Shown in pieces: positions 30,920-40,183 of a stretch of DNA of 64,000 nucleotides (position 1 is its first letter; every line of letters begins with the position of its first letter). Source of the stretch: Clostridia bacterium (GTDB taxonomy: Bacteria > Bacillota > Clostridia > Oscillospirales > CAG-272); NCBI GenBank assembly GCA_017455185.1, contig JAFTBN010000062.1, positions 867 to 64,866 of the forward strand. Direction: 5' to 3'. The notes under the pieces were generated by a model. It ran no database searches. It was given only the letters and a program-made list of their open reading frames with translations, and had not been told where the DNA came from. A program made the position numbers and the translations under genes.

Positions 30920-33229
30920 ATGGCGGAGAAGGAAACGCAAAAGGCACAGGAAGAACAGTATACCGGATCCATTTTGCGCGTGATCTACAAGAACGAGGAC
31001 ACGGGATACGCGGTGTGCGATCTCGGGTGCGAGCAAAACGGGCCGGAAGTGGTCACCATCTGCGGGATTCTTCCCTACATTCAGGAGGGGGATTCGGTCA
31101 AACTCTACGGGAAGTGGGTTCTCAACCCGAAATACGGACGCCAGATTCAGGTTTCGTCCTATGAAAAACTGGTTCCGGCGGACATTGAATCCATCCTGCG
31201 CTATCTGTCTTCCCGGGCCATTCCGGGCATCGGTCCCAAAACCGCCCGTAAGATCGTCGATCTGTTCGGCAAGGAGTCGTTCGAGGTGCTGGAAAATCAT
31301 CCCGAGTTTCTTTCCGATATCCCCGGCATCAGTCTGAAGAAGGCCAGGCAGATCTCCGCGGAGTTCAAGCAGAAGGAGGGCTTCCGGACGACCCTTGTGT
31401 TTTTCCAGAAGTATTTCGGACCGGCCGTCATTCAGCGGATTTACCGGCAGTGGGGAAGCGGGTGCGTGGAAATTGCGCGGCACGAGCCTTACCGCCTCTG
31501 CGACGAGATTGACGGAATCGGCTTTGAAACCGCCGACCGCTTTGCCCGCGAGATGGGGGTGGCGGAGGATTCGGAAGTGCGGCTCAAATCCGGTGCGAAA
31601 TACTGTCTGTCCACGGTCGCCTCGCAGAACGGACACACCTGCCTGCCCCGCAAGAAACTGCTGGAAGTGATGAAGCATCTGCTCAATGCGCCCGAAGGCC
31701 TGGCTGACGAATGCATTGCGCGCTGCATCGGGGACGGTTCTCTCTATGCCGTTGCGGTGGAAGGGGAAACCTACCTGTATCTGCCTTCCATTTACAACAG
31801 CGAGCGGATGATCGCGAGAAAACTGCTCCTGCTTGACCGCAAATGCGCGGTCATAGGGGTGGAGAATGCCCAGGTATTTGTCCGAGACGAGGAAGAGCGG
31901 AACGGAATCGAGTACGCAAGTGAGCAGAAGAAGGCGATTTACAGTTCGATGGAGAGCGGCGTCCTGATTCTGACCGGAGGTCCCGGAACCGGAAAAACCA
32001 CGATTGTACGCGCTCTGATCCATATGTTTGAACGGATGGATTACCGGGTGGATCTGTGCGCGCCCACCGGACGTGCCGCCAAGCGCCTTTCGGATTCGAC
32101 CGGGCACGAGGCCATGACCGTCCACCGGCTGCTGGAATATCAGGGAGTCAACGGGGAGATGCAGTCCATGACCAACGTCCTCCAGGGACCGCGGGGAGAG
32201 GCGCACTTCAACCGGGACGAGAGTCATCTGCTTGAATCCGACGTGGTGATTGTGGACGAGGCTTCCATGCTGGATTGCCAGCTGACAGCCGCTTTGCTTG
32301 CGGCCATAAAACCCGGAGCGCGGCTGATTATCATCGGGGACGCGGACCAGCTTCCCAGCGTCGGCGCGGGAAATGTGCTGCAGGATCTGATCCGCAGTCA
32401 GTGTTTTTCCACCATCTGCCTGACCGAGGTGTTCCGGCAGGCGAGAACCAGCCTGATCGTGACCAATGCGCACGCCATCAATCAGGGAAAGATGCCCGAG
32501 CTGGGCGAGAAGAAGAGCGATTTCTTCTTTCTTCCCTGCGAGCAGGATGCGCAGATCGTCCGCACGGTGGTGGACCTGGTGTCCCGGCGGCTGCCCAAGG
32601 CCTACGGGGAAAAGATCGGAGAGAACATCCAGGTGATTTCCCCGACCCGGAAAGGGGAGGCGGGAACCGAGAATCTCAACGTGTCTCTCCAGGCGGTCCT
32701 CAATCCGCCTTCTCCCTCCAAAAAGGAAAAGCAGTTCCGGGAGACCTGCTTCCGGGTGGGCGACAAGGTGATGCAGACCCGGAACAATTACGAAATCGAA
32801 TGGAAGACAGACGAGCCTGCCGCTCCGGTTTCCGCGCTTCTTGGCGAGGGAAAAGGAAAAACAGGGACAGGTATATACAATGGGGACATCGGTGTCATTG
32901 AGGACATTGATACGTCCGAGTCGAACCTGGTGATCCGGTTTGACAACCGGGTGGTGCAATACGGGTTCGACCTGCTGGAGGACCTGGAACTGGCTTATGC
33001 CATGACGGTTCACAAGGGACAGGGATCCGAATACCCGTACGTCATCATCCCGCTGGGGAATGCGCCCCGTATGCTTCTGACGCGGAATTTGCTGTATACC
33101 GCAGTGACCCGCGCCAGGGTCATGGTCATCCTGGTCGGCCGGAAGGAAACCGTTCAGACCATGGTCCAGAACAACCGCCAGGCTTTGCGTTATTCCAATC
33201 TGGCGTTCTGGCTGACCGATAATAAATAA
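30920..33229 (+). CDS. recD2: RecD2-type SF1B ATP-dependent DNA helicase (RecD/TraA family)
   Basis: N-terminus VIYKNEDTGYAVCD, Walker A GGPGTGKTT, DEASMLD, GDADQLPSVGAGNVL, an SH3-like insert, and the C-terminal AYAMTVHKGQGSEYP...TAVTRAR. Confidence 0.88.
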   Translation: MAEKETQKAQEEQYTGSILRVIYKNEDTGYAVCDLGCEQNGPEVVTICGILPYIQEGDSVKLYGKWVLNPKYGRQIQVSSYEKLVPADIESILRYLSSRAIPGIGPKTARKIVDLFGKESFEVLENHPEFLSDIPGISLKKARQISAEFKQKEGFRTTLVFFQKYFGPAVIQRIYRQWGSGCVEIARHEPYRLCDEIDGIGFETADRFAREMGVAEDSEVRLKSGAKYCLSTVASQNGHTCLPRKKLLEVMKHLLNAPEGLADECIARCIGDGSLYAVAVEGETYLYLPSIYNSERMIARKLLLLDRKCAVIGVENAQVFVRDEEERNGIEYASEQKKAIYSSMESGVLILTGGPGTGKTTIVRALIHMFERMDYRVDLCAPTGRAAKRLSDSTGHEAMTVHRLLEYQGVNGEMQSMTNVLQGPRGEAHFNRDESHLLESDVVIVDEASMLDCQLTAALLAAIKPGARLIIIGDADQLPSVGAGNVLQDLIRSQCFSTICLTEVFRQARTSLIVTNAHAINQGKMPELGEKKSDFFFLPCEQDAQIVRTVVDLVSRRLPKAYGEKIGENIQVISPTRKGEAGTENLNVSLQAVLNPPSPSKKEKQFRETCFRVGDKVMQTRNNYEIEWKTDEPAAPVSALLGEGKGKTGTGIYNGDIGVIEDIDTSESNLVIRFDNRVVQYGFDLLEDLELAYAMTVHKGQGSEYPYVIIPLGNAPRMLLTRNLLYTAVTRARVMVILVGRKETVQTMVQNNRQALRYSNLAFWLTDNK

Positions 33230-33303
33230 CCGAAAGAGAGAAAGACCGGATCCGGAGTCTCAGGGACTCCCGTAAAACCGGTTCTGGGACGGAAGGAAAA
33301 AGT

Positions 33304-34386
33304 ATGGCAGCGACATCCAAGGAGCCGAAACTGAATAAGACGGCGGACAAGGCTGCCAAGACGACCCGCGGGGACGGTTTTTTTCACCGCCTGCTGCGCC
33401 TGGCCCGCCAGGAGACGATCGGGATGGACATCGGTTCGGATTTCATTCGGATCTGCACCCGGGAGCAGGGAATCCTGCTCGAGGAACCTTCGGTGGTCAG
33501 CGTAAGCCGGATGAACGGAGAAGTACTGCGTTACGGCCGTGACGCCTTGCAGCTGGTCGGCCGGAGCGCCGGAGCCGAGCGGTCGGTCCGCCCCATCCGT
33601 TCGGGCGCGGTGGAGCATTACAATCTGGCCTTGCAGCTGATTCAATACTTTTTGCGCTCGGCCTGCGGCACGATGATCCGGCAGCCCAATGTGGTGCTGT
33701 CGGTTCCGAGCGGGCTGAACGACGTGCAGACCCGCAACCTGATGATGGCCCTGAGCGAGGCAGGCGTCAGCCGGACGTATCTGGTGGAGACCTCCCGGGC
33801 GGCCGCCATGGGCGCGGGAGTCAATCTTTCAAGGCCGGTCGGCCGGCTGGTGGTGGACATCGGTTCAGGCAAGACCGAGCTGGCGCTGCTCTCCCTGAAC
33901 GGGGTCGTGCAGAATGCTTTCCTGCCCTGGGGCGGACGCGCGTTCGATGCCGCCATTCTCCAATACCTGCGCACATCCCGCGGACTTCTGGTGGGGGAGG
34001 AAAGGGCGGAACGGATCAAATGGCACATGGGGCTTTTGAGCCGGCGCTTTCCCGAAGTGGTGCATAAGGTGAAGGGGCGCAATCAGAAAACCGGTTTGCC
34101 TTTTGAGATTTTTCTGAGTTCCGCGGAACTGGAGGACCCTTTGGCCGTGCAGGCGCTCCGATTGGTGGAAGCCATTCAGCGCCTGATTGAAAAAGCGCCG
34201 CCCGAGCTGTTGCCCGATATTCTCAACAACGGGATTCTCTTGACCGGGGGAGGAAGCCAGCTTCGGGGTCTGGGGGATCTGATCACCCGGATGACCGGCG
34301 TGAAGACCGTTCGGGCCGAAACGCCCCAGCGGTGCGTGATCCTGGGCCTCCGCGCCGCGATTGTGGATATGAAAAAGAACGATTGA
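33304..34386 (+). CDS. MreB/Mbl-family actin-like protein
   Basis: MDIGSDFIRIC, VVDIGSGKTELALLSLNGVV and ILLTGGGSQLRGLGDLI. The start is ambiguous: 33304 gives a 40-aa basic extension, and the ATG at 33424 follows AGGAG. Confidence 0.75.
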   Translation: MAATSKEPKLNKTADKAAKTTRGDGFFHRLLRLARQETIGMDIGSDFIRICTREQGILLEEPSVVSVSRMNGEVLRYGRDALQLVGRSAGAERSVRPIRSGAVEHYNLALQLIQYFLRSACGTMIRQPNVVLSVPSGLNDVQTRNLMMALSEAGVSRTYLVETSRAAAMGAGVNLSRPVGRLVVDIGSGKTELALLSLNGVVQNAFLPWGGRAFDAAILQYLRTSRGLLVGEERAERIKWHMGLLSRRFPEVVHKVKGRNQKTGLPFEIFLSSAELEDPLAVQALRLVEAIQRLIEKAPPELLPDILNNGILLTGGGSQLRGLGDLITRMTGVKTVRAETPQRCVILGLRAAIVDMKKND

Positions 34387-34439
34387 GGGATTCTTCCCTC
34401 AAACCGAATGAAGATGAAGATAAGGATGGTAATTTAGCA

Positions 34440-35924
34440 ATGGATAAACAAGTGGAAATGCTGCATCAGGACCCGATGTCCCCCCTGTATTGGTTCTGCG
34501 AACTGAGCCAAATTCCCAGGGCCTCCTACCACGAGGAGAAAGTGGCCGCCTGGCTGATGGATTTTGCAAAAGAGAAAGGATTCTTCGCCGCAACGGACAA
34601 GGACCGCAACGTGTTTATCCGGATGCCGGCCACTCCCGGATACGAGCATGTGCCCCCCGTGCTTCTGCAGGGGCATACGGATATGGTCGCCGAGAAAAAC
34701 GCGGACTGCGACCACAATTTTGATACCGACCCGCTGGACCTTTACATCGAGGACGGATACCTGCGCGCCAGAGGCACGACCCTGGGCGCGGATGACGGAA
34801 TCGCCGTGGCGGTGATGCTGGCCGTGCTGAACGGCGCGATTGAGCCACACCCGGCGGTCGAATGTCTCTTTACCGCTTCCGAGGAAGTGGGACTGGACGG
34901 GGCGAAAGGATTTGACACCTCTCTCATCACCGCCCATCGGATGATCAACATGGACAGCACCAGCCTTTCGGAAATCATTACGGGCTGCTGCGGCGGCATC
35001 CGTTCGGACCTGACTTTCCGTCCTGAAAGGGAGGACTATCCGGATTCGGTGCCGGTCCGCCTGTTTTTGTCCGGCCTTTGCGGAGGACATTCGGGTGAGG
35101 ATATCAACAAGGGCAGAAGAAACGCCAACCGCGTAAGCGGCCGGATGCTGGCCACTCTTCTGGAAACCGTACCGTACCGTCTCATTTCCGTCCGGGGCGG
35201 ATCCAAGGACAATGCCATTCCCCGGGAATGCGAGGCGGTCGTCGCCGTAAAGAAAAAGGATCTGGAGGCGTTTACTGCCTGTTTCGAACGGGAGCGGGAT
35301 GAGATTTTCCGCATTCTGCGCGGGCCGGACTGCAGCGCGAAATGGGAATGCGCCCTTTTGCCGGGGTGCAGCCTGAAGCCGATGGGGCAGACCTGGACCC
35401 GGAATCTGGTCTTCCTTCTTTCCACGGTTCAGAACGGCGTCTTTTCCATGGATCCCGACATTCCGACCCTGGTCGGATTTTCACGGAATCTGGGGGTGAT
35501 CCGGACCGAGGGGGATACGGTCGACCTGGTCTTTTCCACCCGCTCGGCTTACGACAGCCAGCTGGCCGCTTCCACCCGCCAGCTCGATCAGTACGCCGCC
35601 GTTCTCGGCGCAACGGCGCGCCATTACGCCAAATATCCCGGCTGGGTGGCAGACCCGGAATCCGCGGTCCGCAAACTCTGGTCCGAGGCCTATTCCCGGG
35701 TCAGCGGAGGCAGCATCGAGCCGCTGGTGATTCACGCGGGACTGGAATGCGGGCTTCTGTTTGAGAAACGCCCGGATCTGGATATCATTTCGGTCGGACC
35801 GAATCTGTACGACATTCATTCGCCGGGCGAAAAGATGGAACTGCGGTCAGTTGAAGTGTTCTGGAAAACCCTGAAGACGGTTTTCCGGATGATTTGCGCA
35901 CAGGAGGGAGCATCCGATGCCTAA
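34440..35924 (+). CDS. pepD: Aminoacyl-histidine dipeptidase (Xaa-His dipeptidase, M20 family)
   Basis: PLYWFCELSQIPRASYHEEKVAAWL, LQGHTDMVAEKN, TLGADDGIAVA and HAGLECG. The ATG at 34440 is preferred. Confidence 0.85.
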   Translation: MDKQVEMLHQDPMSPLYWFCELSQIPRASYHEEKVAAWLMDFAKEKGFFAATDKDRNVFIRMPATPGYEHVPPVLLQGHTDMVAEKNADCDHNFDTDPLDLYIEDGYLRARGTTLGADDGIAVAVMLAVLNGAIEPHPAVECLFTASEEVGLDGAKGFDTSLITAHRMINMDSTSLSEIITGCCGGIRSDLTFRPEREDYPDSVPVRLFLSGLCGGHSGEDINKGRRNANRVSGRMLATLLETVPYRLISVRGGSKDNAIPRECEAVVAVKKKDLEAFTACFERERDEIFRILRGPDCSAKWECALLPGCSLKPMGQTWTRNLVFLLSTVQNGVFSMDPDIPTLVGFSRNLGVIRTEGDTVDLVFSTRSAYDSQLAASTRQLDQYAAVLGATARHYAKYPGWVADPESAVRKLWSEAYSRVSGGSIEPLVIHAGLECGLLFEKRPDLDIISVGPNLYDIHSPGEKMELRSVEVFWKTLKTVFRMICAQEGASDA

Positions 35925-36819
35925 CGAGTATCATGACAAGTTCAGACGCCGTCCCGGTCAAGGCAACGGCAGAAAAGGCGGATTTGTTCCGCACGGGAAA
36001 CCCCGCCACGAGGAGAACCAGCGTCCCGAACCTGCCCCGGTCAGCCCGGAGGATCTGCGTGAGAGCGAAGATTCGGTGCACGGAGAGATGGAAAACCTGG
36101 CCGTCATCGGGCGGAACGCCGTTCGGGAACTGCTCCGGTCGGAGAGGACCGTGGATAAAATCCTGGTGCAGCACGGGCAGCGCGAGGGTTCGATCGTGGA
36201 ACTGGTGGCGCGGGCCGTTGAGAAGGGAATTCCGGTCGTGGAGTCCGACAAGGCCAAACTGGATGAGATTGCGGGATTTGCTCCGCACCAGGGAATCGTC
36301 GCCTTTGCGGCGGAAAAAGACTATTGCACGGTGGAAGATTTGCTTCAGATTGCGCACGACCGGGGAGAAAAGCCTTTGCTGGTCATTGCGGACGGCATTA
36401 CCGATCCGTACAACCTGGGCGCCGTCATCCGCTGCGCCGAAGGCGCCGGAGCGCACGGCATCATCATTCCGAAGCGACGTTCCACAGGTTTGTCTCCGCT
36501 GGTCAGCAAAGCCAGCGCGGGCGCCATCGAGCATATGGCCGTTGCCAAAGTGGCCAATCTGGCCAGTACGGTGCGGCAGCTGAAGGAAATGGGCCTTTGG
36601 GTCTATGCCGCGGAAGCGCAGGGCAAACCGTATACCGAAATCGATTTCACGGTGGGCTGCGCCCTGATCATGGGAAGCGAAGGCGAGGGTGTTTCCGAAC
36701 TCCTCAAGAAGACGAGCGACGAAATCGTTTCCATTCCCATGTACGGAAAAGTCAATTCGTTCAATGTGTCTACGGCGGCCGCCGTGCTGTTGTGCGAAGC
36801 GGCAAGGCAGCGGCATTGA
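35917..36819 (+). CDS. rlmB: 23S rRNA (guanosine-2'-O)-methyltransferase, TrmH/SpoU family (RlmB-like), with a basic N-terminal tail
   Basis: NLGAVIRCAEGAGAHGIII, ALIMGSEGEGVS and IPMYGKVNSFNVSTAAAVLL. The start overlaps the pepD stop (ATGCCTAA). Confidence 0.85.
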   Translation: MPNEYHDKFRRRPGQGNGRKGGFVPHGKPRHEENQRPEPAPVSPEDLRESEDSVHGEMENLAVIGRNAVRELLRSERTVDKILVQHGQREGSIVELVARAVEKGIPVVESDKAKLDEIAGFAPHQGIVAFAAEKDYCTVEDLLQIAHDRGEKPLLVIADGITDPYNLGAVIRCAEGAGAHGIIIPKRRSTGLSPLVSKASAGAIEHMAVAKVANLASTVRQLKEMGLWVYAAEAQGKPYTEIDFTVGCALIMGSEGEGVSELLKKTSDEIVSIPMYGKVNSFNVSTAAAVLLCEAARQRH

Positions 36820-36868
36820 AGAAGGCGCAAAGCAAGTTTCAGTCAGGGGCTGACAGAACGGAGATTAC

Positions 36869-39800
36869 ATGAGCCAGAAGAAAAAACACAGGCATCAGGA
36901 TTTGAGCAGCGCCCGGGAATTGAAATCCCGCGTGGCGCAGGGCGGGCTTGCTCCGTCCGGCAGTTCTTCCGGAAGCGATTTGTCGCCTGAGGAGAAGCAC
37001 CGGATCGAGGATATCCTGGCCCGTCACGCCAACGCGGCAGGTCCTGCGCCGTCCCGGAAAGAGGAAGCGCCCGGGGAAGAGTCCGACGCCGGCATGGATT
37101 TGCCCTGGGAGGAATCCGAGCAGACCGATACGGAACCGACGGATGACACGGAACCGACGGACGACACGGAAACGGCATCGGAAGAGAAATTCTTCGGGGA
37201 AGAACCCGAAGCAGCCGAAGAGCCCGATGAGCCGGCCGAACCCGACGTTCCGCCGACTCACCGAAGCACGGCCAGCCGGATTGCCAGGGCGAGAATGGCC
37301 CGCATGGCGGGCGTTCAGATTTCCGAGTCCGAGCCGAAGGAATCGTCCGGGACGGACGTGTCCGAGACGGACGTGTCCGAGACGGACGTGCCCGAGACGG
37401 ACAGCGGGGATGGCGGGGAAGAAATCACCGAACCCGCGGCCAACGGACCGGATTGTGAAGAATACGATGACCTGATACAATCCGGGACCGGCCCTGAAGC
37501 CGAAGAGACAGAGGACTTGTCGGATGCCGGGCCCGAGGAGCCCGGGCCCGAAGAGATACCGGATGCGCAGGAAGGCGCAAAACCCGAACCGGATGAACCG
37601 CAGGACACAGCCGAAACGGTTGAACCGGCCAACACGGTTGAACCGGCCAACACAGTTGAACCGGTCAACACGACTGAACCGTTCCATCCGGCAGAAGCGG
37701 AATACGGGGAAGAAGAGGAAACGGCGCAGGAGAGCGACGGGTCCGAAACGCCGGTTGCCGGGGACGATTCCCCGGACGAAGAGTCTTCCGAATTCCCGGA
37801 CGGAGAGCAGGAACCTGACTCTGACGGAGAAGAGCCGGACGGGCAGGACGGGGAGGAACTCGACCCCGAGCAGGTCTGGACCCGGGAAAATGTGCCGGTA
37901 TACCGGGAGGAAAAACCGGGGAATGAGGAAACTTCGCTGCTCAGCGAAGATCCCCACGCGCAGGACGAGGCATCCCTGCAGGAAGCTTTCGGGCTGGACG
38001 CGGGACAGGGCAGGTCCCTGAGGAAGGGAAAGAGGGAGACCGCTTTCAGCTATCCCCGGGATCCGGCTGCCAAGGAACTGAGCGACGAAGACATATTGAT
38101 GATGAACAGCATCGGATTTGCCGCGGATTCGGTTCACGCCGCAGGCGCGGAACGGGTCGAACGCGTCCTGCACCGGGCCAGGAGCCAGAACAGACAGCCC
38201 GAACCGGAATCGTTCGTGTTCGGATATCCCGGAGAGGAATATTCGGGCAGACCGGAGCAGATTGAAAAGGCGCACGCCCGCTTTGACGCGAGCCGCAAAC
38301 GGCTCCGCTTGCGCGTGTTCTTTACGGTCGTGCTGCTTGTCCTGACCGCTTTCTTTGATTCGGTCAAACTGACGGGCCTTTTGGAATGGGCCGGAGAGTC
38401 GGGCGTGTCCGTCGAGCCGGTCTGGAACATCCTGATCAGCATGCAGTTCATGATTCTGGCGGCGCTTATATGCTACCGGAAAATCTGGGAGGGAATCAAG
38501 GGATTGCTTTTCTGCAAACCGATCCCCTGGTCGGTGCAGAGCGTCATGCTTCTGACAACGCTGGTATACGACGTCCTTTTGATGATTTTCCACGACGGAG
38601 ACGAGCTGCTGCTCTATCATGTTCCGGCTGTCGCGGCGCTGCTGTGGGGACTGGTCTGCGACTTCTTCACGCTGTACAAGGAACGCCTGTCGTTTGACGT
38701 GGCGACCGCAGACGGGGTCAAATGGGTGCTCAAGCCCCTGCCGCACCGGATGCGCGCCAGAGTGTACGACGACGGAAAGGTTCCGTATGTGCGGGATATG
38801 GACGAGGATTCGGTCAAACTCGGGGCGACCCGGACCTGGCGGGTCCGCAACTATTTTGCGCGCGCGGCCCGGTATCCGAAACATTACAAAGTGATTTTCT
38901 ATCTGCTGCTCGCGACGCTGCTTGTCGCCTTTTCGGGCAGCATGGCGGCCTATGGCGTGCAGATGAGCGCCGACCCGGCGACGGCGGGGATTGCGTCCCG
39001 TACGCTGCAGATTTTCATATTGCTGTGTCAGTTCGGACTGCCGGTCTCCCTTTTGATCGGGTATGTCTTCCCGCAGTGGAAGGCTTCCCGGTATCTGGCC
39101 GAGAAGGGCGCAACTGAAATCGGAAACTGTACGGGCGAGACTCTGGGCCGCACCAGATGGTCCAGGCAGGATGAACTGCTGACGGATTCCGACAAGAAGG
39201 TGAAACTGACTACGTCGGTCGTCTTCAGCGACCGGCTGATGTACAATTCCATGCTGGACCTCAAGCCTCGGCTGATCGGCGACGTTTCGCTCGTGGATTG
39301 TATGAACCTGGTTTCCGCCGCGGCCGCGGCCGTTGGGGGAACGCCCGAGTATTGGATCGATACGTCCTACCGCAACAACGACAAGGTCGTTCCGGGAACG
39401 GTGACCGATATGGCGCAGAACGGTTTCTGCTGCGACTGTGACGGAAGACACGTGATGGTCGGCGCCGGGCCGTACCTGCATGCCAAGGGCATTCTTGTGC
39501 CCGATACGCTGGCCCAATATGAACTGAAAACGGCCGAAAACACGGCCTGCGTGTATGTGGCGGTGGACGGACAGCTGAGTCTGATGCTCGAAGTCACCTA
39601 CGTGTCCGAGCCTACCTTCGAGCGGATTGTCTGGGATATGGCGTCCATGGGACTGCAGACCGCCATCTATTCGTACGACCCCAACCTTTCCGACCGGTTT
39701 CTGTCCAAGGCCCGGGTGGGCAAGGCAGTACCGGTGAAAGTGTACAAGCCTTTGTGGTTTGAAGAGGAATTCGTGTCGGAGGATGAGGACTGTGACATGC

Positions 39801-40156
39801 TGGCGCGCAGCGAACTGGGCCTGGCCGAGGTCATCAAGACTGACCGCCGGCTTGAGCGGTACAACCGCGGGGCGATTGTGCGGGGCTGGGTGTCCCTGTT
39901 CATCGGAGCCGGCCTGACGGTCGCGCTGACTCTGGCGGGACAGTTGTCGCTTTGCAACGGCCTGACCATCGCGGTGTATCAGAGCGCCTGGTGCCTGAGT
40001 TCCATTTTCCTGCACAGGGAGAATTTCGTCCGGCCTTCCCAGCGTGTCCGCGTCCAGCAAAAGGATTCCAGGCGGAAAAAGGCACAGAGCGGAGGACGCC
40101 GCGCGCAGGAAGAGGAGTACATCCGGCGTCACTCGAAAAAGAAAAACGGAAAATAA
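36869..40156 (+). CDS. Membrane protein with a ~470-aa acidic repeat-rich N-terminus and a degenerate P1B-type ATPase-like core
   Basis: The ATG follows GGAG. The N-terminal half is D/E/P/T-rich with in-frame tandem repeats. The C-terminal ~620 aa follow P-type ATPase order (paired TMs, a short A-domain remnant, TMs, a P/N-domain-like stretch VMVGAGPYLHAKGI...VYVAVDGQLSLMLEVTYVSEP...MGLQTAIYSYDPN, and terminal TMs). However, CPC reads CQF, DKTGT reads SDRLMY, TGDN reads SYDPN, and TGE and GDGxND are absent. Confidence 0.5.
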   Translation: MSQKKKHRHQDLSSARELKSRVAQGGLAPSGSSSGSDLSPEEKHRIEDILARHANAAGPAPSRKEEAPGEESDAGMDLPWEESEQTDTEPTDDTEPTDDTETASEEKFFGEEPEAAEEPDEPAEPDVPPTHRSTASRIARARMARMAGVQISESEPKESSGTDVSETDVSETDVPETDSGDGGEEITEPAANGPDCEEYDDLIQSGTGPEAEETEDLSDAGPEEPGPEEIPDAQEGAKPEPDEPQDTAETVEPANTVEPANTVEPVNTTEPFHPAEAEYGEEEETAQESDGSETPVAGDDSPDEESSEFPDGEQEPDSDGEEPDGQDGEELDPEQVWTRENVPVYREEKPGNEETSLLSEDPHAQDEASLQEAFGLDAGQGRSLRKGKRETAFSYPRDPAAKELSDEDILMMNSIGFAADSVHAAGAERVERVLHRARSQNRQPEPESFVFGYPGEEYSGRPEQIEKAHARFDASRKRLRLRVFFTVVLLVLTAFFDSVKLTGLLEWAGESGVSVEPVWNILISMQFMILAALICYRKIWEGIKGLLFCKPIPWSVQSVMLLTTLVYDVLLMIFHDGDELLLYHVPAVAALLWGLVCDFFTLYKERLSFDVATADGVKWVLKPLPHRMRARVYDDGKVPYVRDMDEDSVKLGATRTWRVRNYFARAARYPKHYKVIFYLLLATLLVAFSGSMAAYGVQMSADPATAGIASRTLQIFILLCQFGLPVSLLIGYVFPQWKASRYLAEKGATEIGNCTGETLGRTRWSRQDELLTDSDKKVKLTTSVVFSDRLMYNSMLDLKPRLIGDVSLVDCMNLVSAAAAAVGGTPEYWIDTSYRNNDKVVPGTVTDMAQNGFCCDCDGRHVMVGAGPYLHAKGILVPDTLAQYELKTAENTACVYVAVDGQLSLMLEVTYVSEPTFERIVWDMASMGLQTAIYSYDPNLSDRFLSKARVGKAVPVKVYKPLWFEEEFVSEDEDCDMLARSELGLAEVIKTDRRLERYNRGAIVRGWVSLFIGAGLTVALTLAGQLSLCNGLTIAVYQSAWCLSSIFLHRENFVRPSQRVRVQQKDSRRKKAQSGGRRAQEEEYIRRHSKKKNGK
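37130..37174 (+). repeat. In-frame 18-bp tandem repeat (about 2.5 copies; encodes TEPTDD)
   Basis: ACGGAACCGACGGATGAC at 37130-37147, ACGGAACCGACGGACGAC at 37148-37165, then a partial copy. Confidence 0.9.
37351..37402 (+). repeat. In-frame 15-bp tandem repeat (about 3.5 copies; encodes TDVSE)
   Basis: GACGGACGTGTCCGA twice (37351-37380), GACGGACGTGCCCGA (37381-37395), then GACGGAC. Confidence 0.9.
37616..37681 (+). repeat. In-frame 18-bp tandem repeat (about 3.7 copies; encodes TVEPAN)
   Basis: ACGGTTGAACCGGCCAAC twice (37616-37651), ACAGTTGAACCGGTCAAC (37652-37669), then ACGACTGAACCG. Confidence 0.9.
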
Positions 40157-40183
40157 GAATTGCAAGTAAGCAACAGGTAGATT

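Noticed and set aside
30797-33013. 738-aa minus-strand ORF; also 44235-45758 (507 aa), 46964-48871 (635 aa), 24938-26389 (483 aa) and 59059-60093 (344 aa)
   Set aside because: All are antisense to well-supported genes (recD2, mrp/fba, ABC-F, fusA, PrsA-like). GC-driven artefacts.
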